This document shows, in pieces, positions 12,954-24,437 of a stretch of 64,000 bases of DNA. Both the position numbers and the translations under genes were made by a program. How positions within the stretch are numbered: the first letter of the stretch is position 1; each line of letters starts with the position of its first letter. The stretch is from Candidatus Eiseniibacteriota bacterium (lineage in GTDB: Bacteria; Eisenbacteria; RBG-16-71-46), in the NCBI GenBank assembly GCA_963717505.1, contig OY970342.1, forward strand, positions 2,944,001-3,008,000. Direction: 5' to 3'. The notes under the pieces were generated by a model. The model was not told the origin of the DNA, did not search any database, and was given only the letters and a program-made list of their open reading frames with translations.

Positions 12954-15900
12954 AGCGAGCGTTCTGGCTGTACGGGGTCGCGGCCGCGCTGGGCGCGTGG
13001 CTGCCCGTCGTGGCCGAGGCGCGTCCGGAGGGTGTCGGCCCGCCGCTGGTGGCCGAGTCGTCGGTGCGTTTTTCGGTCGATGTGCCCCCGCCCCTGCTGA
13101 TCCCGATCGGGAGCGGCCGGCATCGCGTCGACCTCGAGGGCTACGACCTCGACGGCTCGCCCGGCGGCGAAGCGTCCCTGGTGCGCACGGTTTTGGTCGC
13201 CGTGCCGCCCACGGGCGAGGTCGCGGTGCGTGGCCAGGTCTCCGCCTGGCGCGAGCCACTCGCGATCGACATGGCCCCGGTTCCCGATGCGATCGAGCGG
13301 GGCGCCGCGTTCGAGGAGCGCTACGGGGCGGCGCCGAGGCGCGCGGCCGCAGCCCCGAACGTGCGCCTGCGCGGCGTGTCGTGGTTGCGCGACCAACGCG
13401 TGGCGCATGTCGAGATCGCACCGATGCGCTCGTCGGTGGGCGCCGTCGAAGTGGCCCAGCGCATCGAGGTCGAGGTCGAGTTCCGCGCCCCTCGGTTTGG
13501 CGCGACCGGTGCGCCGGTCCAGCGTCCCGATCGCTTCGAGTCGCTCTACGCCGACGTGTTGGTGAACTACGAGCAGGGGCGTGGCTGGCGCCGCGCGCGG
13601 GACGCGAAGGCCGATCCGTCGAGCGCGCGGTCCGGCGAATCGGCGATGGGTGGCGCCGGTGGCGGCATCGACACCACGAACATCTTCGCCGGCCGCACGT
13701 GGGCGCGGATCGCGATCCCGCAGACCGGCTTCTACCGCATCACCTTCGGGCAGCTGCGCAACCTCGAGGTGTTCGGCGGCGCGACCAACACGCCGCTCGA
13801 CAGCCTGAGGTTGTTCACCTGGCCCGGGCTGCCGGTCCTGCCGGAAAACGACTACTGCGACGCTTGCGGATACCAGGAGGTCGCGATCGGCGTGGTCGAT
13901 CGATCCTCGGACGGACTGTTCAACGAGAACGAGGACTACTTCTACTTCTACGCGCTCGGGCCCAACGATTGGCGGGACGCGTTCGTGAGCCTCGAACCCG
14001 ACACGCTCTACCTCAATCACCCCTACGAGACCCAGAACTATTGCTATCTGACATTGGCGACCGCCGAGATTCCGGTGCCGGGCGCGCCGCGCCGCATCGC
14101 GACGCGGGATGCGGCGGCGAATCCGGACGGGTCCGAGATCACCCCGATCACGTTCGCCGAGCGGCTCCACTTCGAATCCGACGCCGAGTACTTTCCCGAC
14201 GCGTCACCCTTCTACCCGGACGACCGCAATCCCAGCACGTACTTTTGGGAGAAGTGGTTCTGGCGCTCGCTCGACACCGGGCGGGGGATGACCGAGGTGG
14301 TCGACGCTCCGGGCGCCGACACGCTCCAGACCGCCCGCTTGCGGGTCCGGTTGTGGGGTATCTCGTCGACCGACTCGTGTCTCAGCAATCCGTTCCGCTT
14401 CGAGCATCTGGCCGACGTGAGCTGGAACTCGAACCTGCTGGGTCGCTCGCACTGGCTGCTGCGCGAGGGATTCACGGTCGATGCTGTAGTTGGGGAAGCC
14501 GCACCGGGCATGGCTCCGAGCCGAGTACGGTATCAGACAATCGCCGGACTCAAGCGCGCGGGCAACACGGTCCGTATCGAGCTGCCACTGGTGCCGGGCT
14601 GTCCGAGCCGCAGGGACCGGGTCGGGGTCGCGTGGTTCGACCTGTTCTACGAACGATTCTTCGAGCCGCTCGCCAACGAGCTGTCGTTCAAGTCGCCCGC
14701 TGATCCGGGAAACTATCTGTTCCGCATCGGTCCGTTCACGCCCGATGTGCCACCCAGGGTGTTCGACATCACGGATCCGCTGGCGCCGGTCGAGCTGACG
14801 GGACTCTCGTATTCCGGGCCGACCGGCAGCCGGACGCTCGAGTTCGAGTCGACCCAGACGTCGGAGCGGCGGTTCCGGATCGTCCAGGACGCGAGCATCG
14901 CGCGACTGCCGACCACCGCGTTCCTGAATCCCAAGCCCTCGAGCCGGGAGAACCTCCGAAGCCCCGATCATCGCGCCGACTACCTGGTGATCTACTACGA
15001 CGAGTTCCAGCAGGCCGCCGACCTCCTGACTGAATGGCGGAAAGACCACAACGGGTTCGAGACCCGCTCGGTGCCGATCTCTGCACTCTACGACCAGTTC
15101 TCGGGCGGGCCGCACCGACCCGGCGGCGATCCGCAACTTTCTGCGTGCGGCCAAACTCAACTGGGACTTGAGCCCGGTCTTCGTCACGCTGCTCGGGGAC
15201 GCGTCCTACGACTTCAAGAACCTCACCGGACGGGCGCCGAGCGGAAAGCCGGGGACGCTGTTGCCGTCCTACGAGCTGGGGTGGGACGGCGTGGTCGCGC
15301 GCCAGTTCGCGACCGACGACTGGCTGCTCAACGTCGACAACGCCGCAGTGGTTCTGCCCGACTTCTTCGGCGGGCGCATTCCGGTGAACGACCTGGCGAG
15401 CGCCCTCGACGTGGTACGCAACAAGGTGATCCTTTACGAGCAATCGGCCCCGCTCGGCGAGTATCGCAATGAGGTGATGCTGATCGCCGACGACCAGTTC
15501 CAGGGGCCTCTGGTCGACGGTCTCTACTGGAGCCATCTGCGGCAGACCTGGCGTCTGGACTCGATCGCCACCCCCGGCCACATCGACCGACAACGCGTCT
15601 ACTTGCACACGTATCCGACCCAGGCCGGCTCGACCAAGCCCGACGCCAAGGAAGCGATCAAGTCCAACATCAACAATGGCATCGTGATGTTCAACTACAT
15701 CGGCCACGGCAGCCCGTTCAAGCTCGCCGACGAGAGCGTGTTCCTCGACACCGACGTCGGCACCCTGAAGAACACGGTGCAGCTGCCGATCTTCGTCGCC
15801 GCGTCGTGCGACATCGGCAAGTACAACGATCCCACGGTCGAGAGTCTCGGCGAGTTGCTGTTGACTACGCCGGGGCGCGGGGCGATCGCCGTGATCTCGG

Positions 15901-17228
15901 CCACCGAGCTGGCGCTCAGCGGTCAGAACGCGAGTCTGAACATCGGGCTCTACCAGCGGCTCTTCCGGCGCGACACCACGAGTGGCCAGTTCTCCGCCAG
16001 CGTTTCCGAGGCGTTGCTCGCGACCAAGTCGGGCGGCGACAACAGCCAGAAGTACCAGCTCATGGGCGACGCGGCGATCGTGCCGAACGCGCCGAGGACG
16101 TGGGTCGAAGTGTCGCTGTTCGACTCGGCCGGCGTGACGCCGGTGACTGCGCTCGAGCGCGGTCGCACCCTGATGTTCCGAGGCCAGGTGGTCGAGGGCA
16201 AGATCCCGAACAAGGTGTTCCCGGCGGTGCCGCTCGAGGGTGTCCTGTCGATGCGGATCGAGGACTCGGCGCCGCTCGAGTCGGCGCCCGATTGCGCTCC
16301 GGTCTGCAACAGCAACCCACCCAGCTATCTGGCGGCGGCGGCGACGGTGTACGTCGGGGACGTCGTGCTTCGGGGCGGAGCGTTCCAGGGGCGTTTCGTG
16401 GTGCCGCTCGAAGCGAAGACCGGTCCGCTGGCGCGATTGCGCGCCTACGCTTCCGGATCGACGGGCGGCACCACCGGGATCGACGGGGTCGGCAGTCTGG
16501 TCCTGACGCTCAACCCCGGAACGGCGCCGCCCGGCGACGTGACCGGTCCCCAGATCAACCTCTCGTTCGGCGGCTCGACCACGGTGCGCCCGGATGCCTC
16601 GCTGCGCATCGACCTGTTCGATCCGAGCGGGATCCTGATCACCGGCCACACCCCGCAGAACGGGATCATCGTCACGGTCGACGGCAACACGACGAATCGG
16701 GTGGACGTGACCTCGTCGTTCCGCTATGCCGCGGACTCCTATCAGGCGGGCGTGGCGACGTTCCAGCTGCCGAACCTGCCCGAAGGGACGCACACCATCT
16801 CGGTGTCGGCGGCCGACAACCTCGCCGCCGGCCTCGAGGCCGGGCAGCACCGATCGACCCAGGCGATCACCTTCCAGGTCGCCGCCGTGCCGCCGCTCGA
16901 CGTGACCCGTGCCTACCTGTTCCCCAACCCGACCGTTTCCGGGGGGCCGTTCGGTGGGGGGACGTTCGTGGTCGACGCCCCGGGGGATTCGGTCAACGTC
17001 CTGCTCCGTCTCTACACGGTGTCGGGCCGGCTGATCCGGACCCTGAAGTCCTTCGGCGGGATCGGTCAGATCCAGATCCCCTGGGACGGGCTCGACGATG
17101 AGCAGGCGGAGCTTGCGAATGGCCTCTATCTGTTCAAGGTCCACGTGAACGTGCGCGAGCCGGACGGGGAGAGCAGTCCGAGGCAGAAAGCCGAGGCCGT
17201 GGGCCGCTTCGTGATCGTCAACCGATGA
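12950..17228 (+). CDS. porU: PorU-like type IX secretion sortase (peptidase C25, gingipain family) with C-terminal Ig/CTD; frameshift near 15110; probable CTG start
   Basis: Signal peptide; ADYLVI, LYDQFSGG, LLGDASYD, GRIPV, LIADD; catalytic FNYIGHG and AASC; PorU-type DVTGPQINL...GTHTISVSAADN; FPNP...WDGLDD...NGLYLFKV. Followed by PorV. Confidence 0.85.
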
Positions 17229-17429
17229 TCGTTTCGGCCCCGGGCCCTGGCGGGTTCGCGCCGCCAATCCCGACCTCTTCCGGGTTTTCGGGCCTATGGG
17301 TGCCCGGCACCCCGGCCGTCGGGAGCGGCCGTCGGAAAAAGTCGGGACTCGCTGGCGATCATGCGGTGTAGTATGACAACTTCAGCCGCCCGAATAGGGG
17401 CCCCTATGCCTTCGGAGGTTCAGCAGACT

Positions 17430-18387
17430 ATGCGTTTGTTTCGGATCGCTGTTCTTGGAATGGCCGCTACTGCCCTGTTCACTGGCTCGGCTCTGGCTCA
17501 GGGAACGGGTCGTTCGCTCGATATTCAGCCCGGCGCCCGACAGAACGGGATGGGTGCCACCGGCGCTGCCGTACTCGGTGACGCCACCGGGGCGACCTGG
17601 TGGAACCCTGCCGCACTCGGCTTCGCTGAGCGCAACGCCATCGAGCTCACCTACGCGCAGCTGGTCCCCGGACTCGCGAGCGACGTCAGCTACAACTACG
17701 GCACCTACGTCCAGCCGATGAAGGGCTGGGGCGCATTCGGCCTCGGGATCGTGTTCCTCTCGTACGGGCAGAGCGAGGGCACCGACAACTCGGGCAACTC
17801 GACCGGCATCGTTCGGCTCGAACGAGTTCTCGCCCGCGCTCTACTGCGGCACGCGCCTGCTCCCCGACCTCGCGGTCGGCGCCGCGCTCAAGTGGATCCG
17901 GATCCAGCTCGCGCCCGACGAGGCAAGCGGCATCGGCACCACCTTCGGACTCGACCTCGCGGCGCTCTATCGCATCCCCGCCGCGCACCTGAACTTCGGT
18001 GTCAACGTCCAGAACCTGGGACCAAGCGTGACGTTCATCAACGAGGATCAGGCGAGCCCGCTGAGCCGCAACCTCAAGACCGGTTTCGCCTGGGAAGCGT
18101 ACTCGGCGAAACAGTTCTCGTTCCTGATGGCCGGCGACTTCAACCAGTCGCTGGTGCCGGGCAGCGAGGAGTTCCGCACCTATCACGGCGGCGTCGAACT
18201 CGGCTACGCCGAACAGATCACGGGCCGGCTCGGCTACTACTCCGATCCGCTCGGCGATATCGAAGACCTCACGTTCGGTCTCGGCTTCACGTGGAAGAGC
18301 CTCGGGCTCGACTACGCCAGCATCCCGCAGGCCAAGGATTCTGGGCTCGACAACGTGAACAAGATCACCCTGGGGTATCGCTTCTAG
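17430..18387 (+). CDS. porV: PorV/PorQ-family outer-membrane beta-barrel (frameshift near 17810)
   Basis: GGAGGT RBS; LDIQPGARQNGMG...WWNPAALGF, then NFGVNVQNLGP, GRLGYY, TFGLGF, DYASIP, ITLGYRF. Confidence 0.85.
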
Positions 18388-18406
18388 CGCCGGACCGGAT
18401 CCCTTC

Positions 18407-21400
18407 GTGCGTGGACTGGCAACGACCCTTGCGACCGTGGGGCTTATTGTCTCTGCGGCGGCGTCCGCCCATGAAACCCCGTCGCTGAAGGTCTTCCCGG
18501 TGGTCGATCCCGCGGGTCCTGCACTCCAGACCCCGAGACCCGGAACCCGCGTGTTGACCCCGGCGCAGGCCCGACTCCAGACCCAACGCGCCGAGCGCCA
18601 GCGTTCGTTCCGCGATGTGCTGTCGGCGCCGGGAATGGACTGGTCGCGCGAGACCGGCCCGCGCGGAGCGCGCAAGGCGAATCCGCTGGCGCCGACGCTG
18701 GCGGGCGGCCCCGCACCCCCGGACACCATTCGCGTCGCGTTCGTGCGCATCGACTTTCTCAACGACCGCGACGGCGGCCAGTCCACGGGCAGCGGCCGCT
18801 TCGACCTGTCCGGCCCCGACACGCTGGTGCCGCCGATCGATCGCCCGCCCCGCAACCGCACGTTCTTCCAGGCGCATTTCGAAGCGCTGCGCCGCTACTA
18901 CGACGCCCAGAGCTACGGCACCGTGGTGGTCGAGGGCGACGTCTGGCCGCGCACCGAGAACGGCGCCTATTCGGTCAGCGACATGGCGGACTTCGGGCCG
19001 TGGATGTTCAGCCAGGAGATCTATCGCGACGCGGTCCACATGTTCCGCACCATGATGTTCGCGGCCGACTCGCAGTCGATCGTGCTCGGCGACCGGATTC
19101 CGTGGGACGACATCGACCGGATCGTGTTGATCCACGCGGGCGCGGATCTTCAGAGCGACATCCGCCAGGACAGCCCGCACGACATTCCCTCGTTCACGAT
19201 CGGCGTGGTCGACACCGACGTCGTGATCTTCCCGGACTCGACCACGCGACCGATCGACCGCGCCGCCCTCGTCCCCGAGACCATCACCCAGGACGAGCTA
19301 GATGGGCACGATCAACGGCGTGATGGCACACGAGTGCGGGCACCTGCTGTTCGACTTGGCGGATCTCTACAACGTCGCGACCGGTCAATCGGTGGTGGGG
19401 GCCTGGAGCCTGATGGACAGCGGCAATCTGGTCGGCTCGCAGGTCATCCTGCCCGGCGGGGAAATCGGCTTCGCCACCGGGCTCCTGCCGCCCAGCGTCG
19501 ATCCGTTCCAGCGAGCGTTCATCAGCCCGCAGATCCCCCCGTTCCAGGAAGTGTCCTACGGCGACACCGTGGTCTACCGGTCCAGCGCGCGCCATCCGGA
19601 CATTCGCAAGGTCACGCTGTCGAGCGACGAGTACCTGCTGCTCGAGAACCGCTGGCTGGCGCCGGCGGATGTCGTGACCCTCGACCAGGACAGCACGACC
19701 CGCGTGATCCTGGGGCCCGACAGCCCCGATCGCTACGAGTACGACGCCCTGCTCCCTGGCTCGGGCATCGTCGTGTGGCACATCGACGAGAGCGTGATTC
19801 CGCTCGAGTCGTACTTCCCGGTGGACACGGCCCTGCGCGCCAATCCCGACCTCGGTTGGAACACGAGCTTTTCTCGACCCGGGGTCGACGTGATCGAGGC
19901 CGACGCGCTCGGCGATCTCGGCGACTACGGATCGCCCTATGCTTTGAGCGCTCCATTCGACCCGTACTTCCAGGGCAACTACGCAACGCTTTCGGACTCG
20001 ACGATCCCTGACTTGATTCCGCATGTCGGTACCCGGCCGCACAAGCGCATGGACGTGCTCGATCCGCCCGATTCCGTGATGCGCGTGGCGGTGTTCAAGA
20101 CCTGGGAGCTGAAGGGCTGGCCGGTGTCCACGTCGTTCCCACCCGGGGGGCCGGTATTGCTGGCGGTGGACGCCGACGGCAACCGGAGCCTCGACGTCTG
20201 CTGGGCGGGCGGAGATCCGGCGAGCGCCGACAGTACTTCGCTGTTCGCGCTAACTCCGGACGGCGCCGGACTCGGCGGCGGTCCACAGTTCTTCGCGCGA
20301 CTCGATCGCAGGCCGCGGCGCGAGATGGCGGCGATTGCGCTGGGCGAAAGTGTCTTCCCGAACGAGGCGACCGAAGGCCCGGCGCTGTTCGCGGTATCGA
20401 CCTGGCCCGACGGCCCCGACACCACGTCCGCCGGTGGTCGCGTCTGGCTCGTCGACCATCTGGGGAACATCCAGCCGGGTTGGCCGCCGCCGCTGCCGGA
20501 GGTCGTGACCACGCCGCCGATATTCGCCGGGCTCTATCCCAATGCGCGCGTCGTGGTCGGCTGCGCCGACGGACGCGTCTACACGATCGGCCTCAACGGC
20601 GCGATTCTCGCCCAGTCGCCGGTGCTGTGGTCGGGTGGCGTTGTCGGCCGGCTGGCGGTCGATCCCAGCTTCGGCACGGCGCCGCCGCCGCCGCCGCTCA
20701 CCGCGATCACCGATCTGGTGGCGGCCGGTGGTCCGACCGGTGAGGTTGCGATCGTTGCGTTCGACGGCAATCAGTCGGTGATCATGCCGGGATGGCCACG
20801 CGCGGTGGGGCCGACGGACTTCGCACCCGACTTCCTGTGGATCGATTTCAACGGCGCACCGGATGGCGTCGGCCCGCTGGCCGCGGGATCAGCGGCATCG
20901 ACCGCGGCGACGCCGGTCGCGTGCGGGGGTGGCCGGTCCTTGGTCGTGCACCACGCCGATCGGCTGTGGGCCCATTGCCTGAGTGGCGAGCCGCTGCCGG
21001 GATGGGGACAGGCGCAGGCCGATACGCTGGTCCCGGCACTTGGGGCCGGCGATCCGGACGGCGACGGTTATCCCGAAGTCTTGTTTCAGGCGGTGAGCCT
21101 CGGAGTCGGCTTCGTCAACGTCGGCGGGCGGCCGTCGCCGGGATGGCCCAAGCGGCCGACGGCGGAGCAGTTCCCGAGCGGCAGCACGCCGCTCGCCCTC
21201 GACGTCGACGGCAACGGCACGAGCGAAGTCGTCGCGCTCAACGCGAGCGGGATCGTCGCCGCGCTGCGGACGGACGGCACCACCGCCGAAGGGTGGCCGC
21301 TGGCGACCGGGGTCGGTGCGACCGGCTCGCCGGTCGCTGCCGATCTCGACGGCGACTCGCGTCTCGACCTGGTAGCGCCCGACCGTTTCGGTCGCCTTTA

Positions 21401-21809
21401 CGCTTATCGGATTCCAGTGACCAGCGGGCGCACGCCGGCCACGTCGTGGATCATGCTCGGCGGCGACGCCTCGCGCAGCTCGAGCTTGCCGCCGCAGCTC
21501 ACGGTGCTGCCGCCGGTCACCTTCGCCGGTCCATTGATCCAGGGATCGCTCAAGGCCTATCCGAATCCGGCACGACGGAAGCCCGTCTCGTTCGCCTACC
21601 AGCTGACCGAGCCTTCCGACGTCGAATTCCGCATCCTGGACGCATCGGGACACGAGGTGGCATCGTTCACCCGTTCGGGAAGCCCGTCGGACAACCTCGA
21701 GGTCTGGGACCCGGGGGCGTTGCCCGCCGGCCTGTATCTGGCGCGGCTGCGTTTCCGTGGCGCCGGCACCGAACGCGTCGAGATGATCCACCTGGGGATT
21801 CTGCGATGA
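18407..21809 (+). CDS. Secreted M6 (immune inhibitor A-like) zinc metalloprotease + FG-GAP/VCBS repeats + T9SS type A-like CTD (frameshift near 19300)
   Basis: IDRIVLIHAGAD, VMAHECGHLLFDLADLY, VGAWSLMDSG, EYLLLENR, GIVVWHIDE; DxDGDG repeats with GWP motifs; C-terminal AYPNP...ILDASG...WD...GLYLARL. Confidence 0.85.
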
Positions 21810-22600
21810 ATTGGCGAGCATCGGGGATGCTGGTGCTGCTGATGGCCGGCGCCGGCACGGCGAGCGCTCAGGGAGTGGAGTCGTGGCTCTCCGGCTCGCG
21901 GCTCGCGCTCTCGCGCGTCGATCTTCACGGCTCGCGTGGCGTCGTGCTCGCGCAACGCGCGATCGAACGCGAGTGGGGACCTGATTCGGATTCGCTGGCG
22001 GTGCGCGTCCAAATGGAAGGGCAGCGCTCGCAGTCGGTGGCGATGTTGCTGTCGGCGGCGGTGCCGGGGGCGGGCCAGGCCTACGTCGACGGCGCGCCGA
22101 ACGGAATCTGGTTCTTCCTGGTCGAGGCGGCAGCCTGGACCACCGGCGCCCTGCTGCGCACCAGCGGCGAGCAGGCGCGCGACGACGCAGTGGCGTACGC
22201 CGGCGTGCCCGCGGACAGCGCGAGCAGCTGGTCGTTTGCCCGCTGGTCGGCGGCCACCGGCGAGGACCCGTCGCCGCTCGAAACGCTGTACTCCGGCGAC
22301 CGCGAGGCGTTCTACGATCTGATTGGCAGCGACGATCGAGCGCTCTTCGGCTGGTCCGGCCAGCCCGAAGCGACGCGTTCGGGATTCGTCGACTTGCGCG
22401 AGACTTCGGATCGCCGCCTGCACGGAGCGCGCTGGTCGGAGTCGGTGATCTGGGTCAATCACGTGGTGTCGGCGTTCGACGCGATTCGTTCCGCGCGCAA
22501 GCACAACCAGGCACTGGGCGGCGGCCTCGGCCTCGAGTTGAACACCGGCTGGCGGCATGGATTTCCGACGTTCTCGGCCACGCTCGAGCGGAAGTTCTGA
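21806..22600 (+). CDS. Hypothetical exported/outer-membrane protein (DUF5683-like)
   Basis: ATGA overlap, signal peptide, LLSAAVPGAGQAY motif, NHVVSAFDA, C-terminal Phe. Confidence 0.6.
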   Translation: MNWRASGMLVLLMAGAGTASAQGVESWLSGSRLALSRVDLHGSRGVVLAQRAIEREWGPDSDSLAVRVQMEGQRSQSVAMLLSAAVPGAGQAYVDGAPNGIWFFLVEAAAWTTGALLRTSGEQARDDAVAYAGVPADSASSWSFARWSAATGEDPSPLETLYSGDREAFYDLIGSDDRALFGWSGQPEATRSGFVDLRETSDRRLHGARWSESVIWVNHVVSAFDAIRSARKHNQALGGGLGLELNTGWRHGFPTFSATLERKF

Positions 22601-23376
22601 TGTCGCGGACCCGCGTGCCTATGGCCACGGTTGCTCTGTCGGCGGCGCTGCTGCTCGGCGTGGTTGCGCCGCTCCCGGGGCGGGCCGGCGAGGTGGTGCG
22701 ACTCGACGCGCTCGAGGCCGAGCAGCTGGCGAACGCGTCACCGTCCTCTCCGCCGCTCGGTTTGTCGGCCGAGCGCGCCCAGGTCTTGCTGCGTTCGCTG
22801 ACCGTGCCGGGTTGGGGGCAGGCGACCCTCGGACACCGGACGTCGGCGACCGTCTTCTTCGTCGCCGACCTGGCGATCTGGACGTCGTTCGCCGCGTTCC
22901 AGGTGCAGAGCGAAATGCGCACGGAAACCTACGAGCGCACCGCCCGGATCTTTGCGGGGATCGATCTCTCCGTGCGCGACGAAGAATACCGGCGCACCGT
23001 GGGCTCTTACATCAGCAGCGAGGAGTACAACCAGTTGGTGGTCTATCGCGATGCCGCCAATCTCTTCTACGACAATCCGGATCGCTATCGCGAGTACATC
23101 GCGGAGAACTCGATCGGGGGCGAGAACGCATGGGCCTGGCAGAGCGAGCAGGACTTCGACCGCTTTGGGGCGCAGCGCAAGGACGCTCAGCGCGCGGACA
23201 TTCGCGCCAACACCGCACTGGCAGCAGCCGTGGTCAACCGACTCTTGAGTGCATTGCACGCCGCGCGCATCCACGCACGCCCGTCCTCGAGCGCGACGAC
23301 ATGGGAAGTCCGGCTGGCGCCGCGCCCGGAGTTGGGCGATGGCGCGCTCGCGATCCAGGTGCACACCCGCTTCTGA
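22600..23376 (+). CDS. Hypothetical exported/outer-membrane protein (DUF5683-like), paralog of preceding gene
   Basis: LRSLTVPGWGQ, VNRLLSALHA, C-terminal HTRF. Confidence 0.6.
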   Translation: MSRTRVPMATVALSAALLLGVVAPLPGRAGEVVRLDALEAEQLANASPSSPPLGLSAERAQVLLRSLTVPGWGQATLGHRTSATVFFVADLAIWTSFAAFQVQSEMRTETYERTARIFAGIDLSVRDEEYRRTVGSYISSEEYNQLVVYRDAANLFYDNPDRYREYIAENSIGGENAWAWQSEQDFDRFGAQRKDAQRADIRANTALAAAVVNRLLSALHAARIHARPSSSATTWEVRLAPRPELGDGALAIQVHTRF

Positions 23377-23389
23377 GGGGGGAGTGCCG

Positions 23390-24433
23390 ATGAGACGCGG
23401 AAGCCGAGCCGGCATCGCCCTGGCGGCGATGATCGGGGCATTCACGGGATCGGCAGGCCCGGCGGGCTCGGGGACCGACTCGACCCGCGCGGTGATCGCC
23501 GACTCGTCCGGGGCGGCGGTCGGCCAATCGACGGCGCCATCCAAGGTCGACTCGGCTGCCACCGCGCGTGATGCGAAGACTCTGACCCTGTCCTTGCGTC
23601 CGGTGGCGACGTTGCTCGCGCCGTCCGGGAACGGCGGCAGCCAGCCGCAGCCATCGGGGCTGGTGGTCGACGCGTTCGGTCGCGTGTTCGTGGCCGATGC
23701 CGGGCTCCACGGATTCCTACGCATGGACGCGACTGGCCGAACCCTCGGACAGGCCGGAACCCTGGGGAGCGGCGCCGGCGCCCTGCGTCGCCCGTCTTCG
23801 CTGGCCTTGCTCGGAGCACTGCGGGTTGCGGTGCTCGATACCGAGAACCGGCGCGTCGTGGTCTATGACCTGTTCGACCGGCTGCAGGGCACGTTGATCG
23901 AATTCGAAACGCTCGAGGATCCGCCGGCGCGCATCGATCCGGTGGCGATGACCAGCGATCGGGGGGGCGCGGTCTACGTCAGCGATCGCGACCGGGACCG
24001 CGTCGTGGTCTTCGACTTCTCCGGGCGTTTCGTGCGCGTGCTGGGTGGATTCGGGCAGGGACCGGGCTCCTTTCGCGGGCCCTCGGGACTCGCGGTCAAC
24101 CGACTCGGCGAGCTGATCGTCGGCGAGCGCGTCGGACGGCGCGTGCAACGGCTCGATCCGGCGGGACAACCCCGCGCCTGGTGGTCGCTGCCCGCGGGCG
24201 CGGCCGGCGAGCTGGCGGTCGCAACCGACGACTCGCTACGGGTGGCGGTCGCCGACGAGGCTCGCGGGGTGGCGTGGGTCTACACCGCGGACGGTCAATT
24301 GCTCGCCGAGGAGAAGGGCCTCGACCGTCCGAGCGCTCTCGCCTTCGCGCCCGACGGCTCGCTCCTGATCGGCGAGCGCGGCGCCGGGCGCCTGCGGCGC
24401 TTCGTCCTTGCGCCGCGGGACGCGGAGGACTGA
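23390..24433 (+). CDS. NHL-repeat beta-propeller protein, exported
   Basis: Repeated PSGLVVD/PSSLAL/PVAMTSD/PSGLAVN/PSALAF blades with VFVAD...RVVVFD; GxxGxGPGxF motifs. Confidence 0.85.
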   Translation: MRRGSRAGIALAAMIGAFTGSAGPAGSGTDSTRAVIADSSGAAVGQSTAPSKVDSAATARDAKTLTLSLRPVATLLAPSGNGGSQPQPSGLVVDAFGRVFVADAGLHGFLRMDATGRTLGQAGTLGSGAGALRRPSSLALLGALRVAVLDTENRRVVVYDLFDRLQGTLIEFETLEDPPARIDPVAMTSDRGGAVYVSDRDRDRVVVFDFSGRFVRVLGGFGQGPGSFRGPSGLAVNRLGELIVGERVGRRVQRLDPAGQPRAWWSLPAGAAGELAVATDDSLRVAVADEARGVAWVYTADGQLLAEEKGLDRPSALAFAPDGSLLIGERGAGRLRRFVLAPRDAED

Positions 24434-24437
24434 CGAC

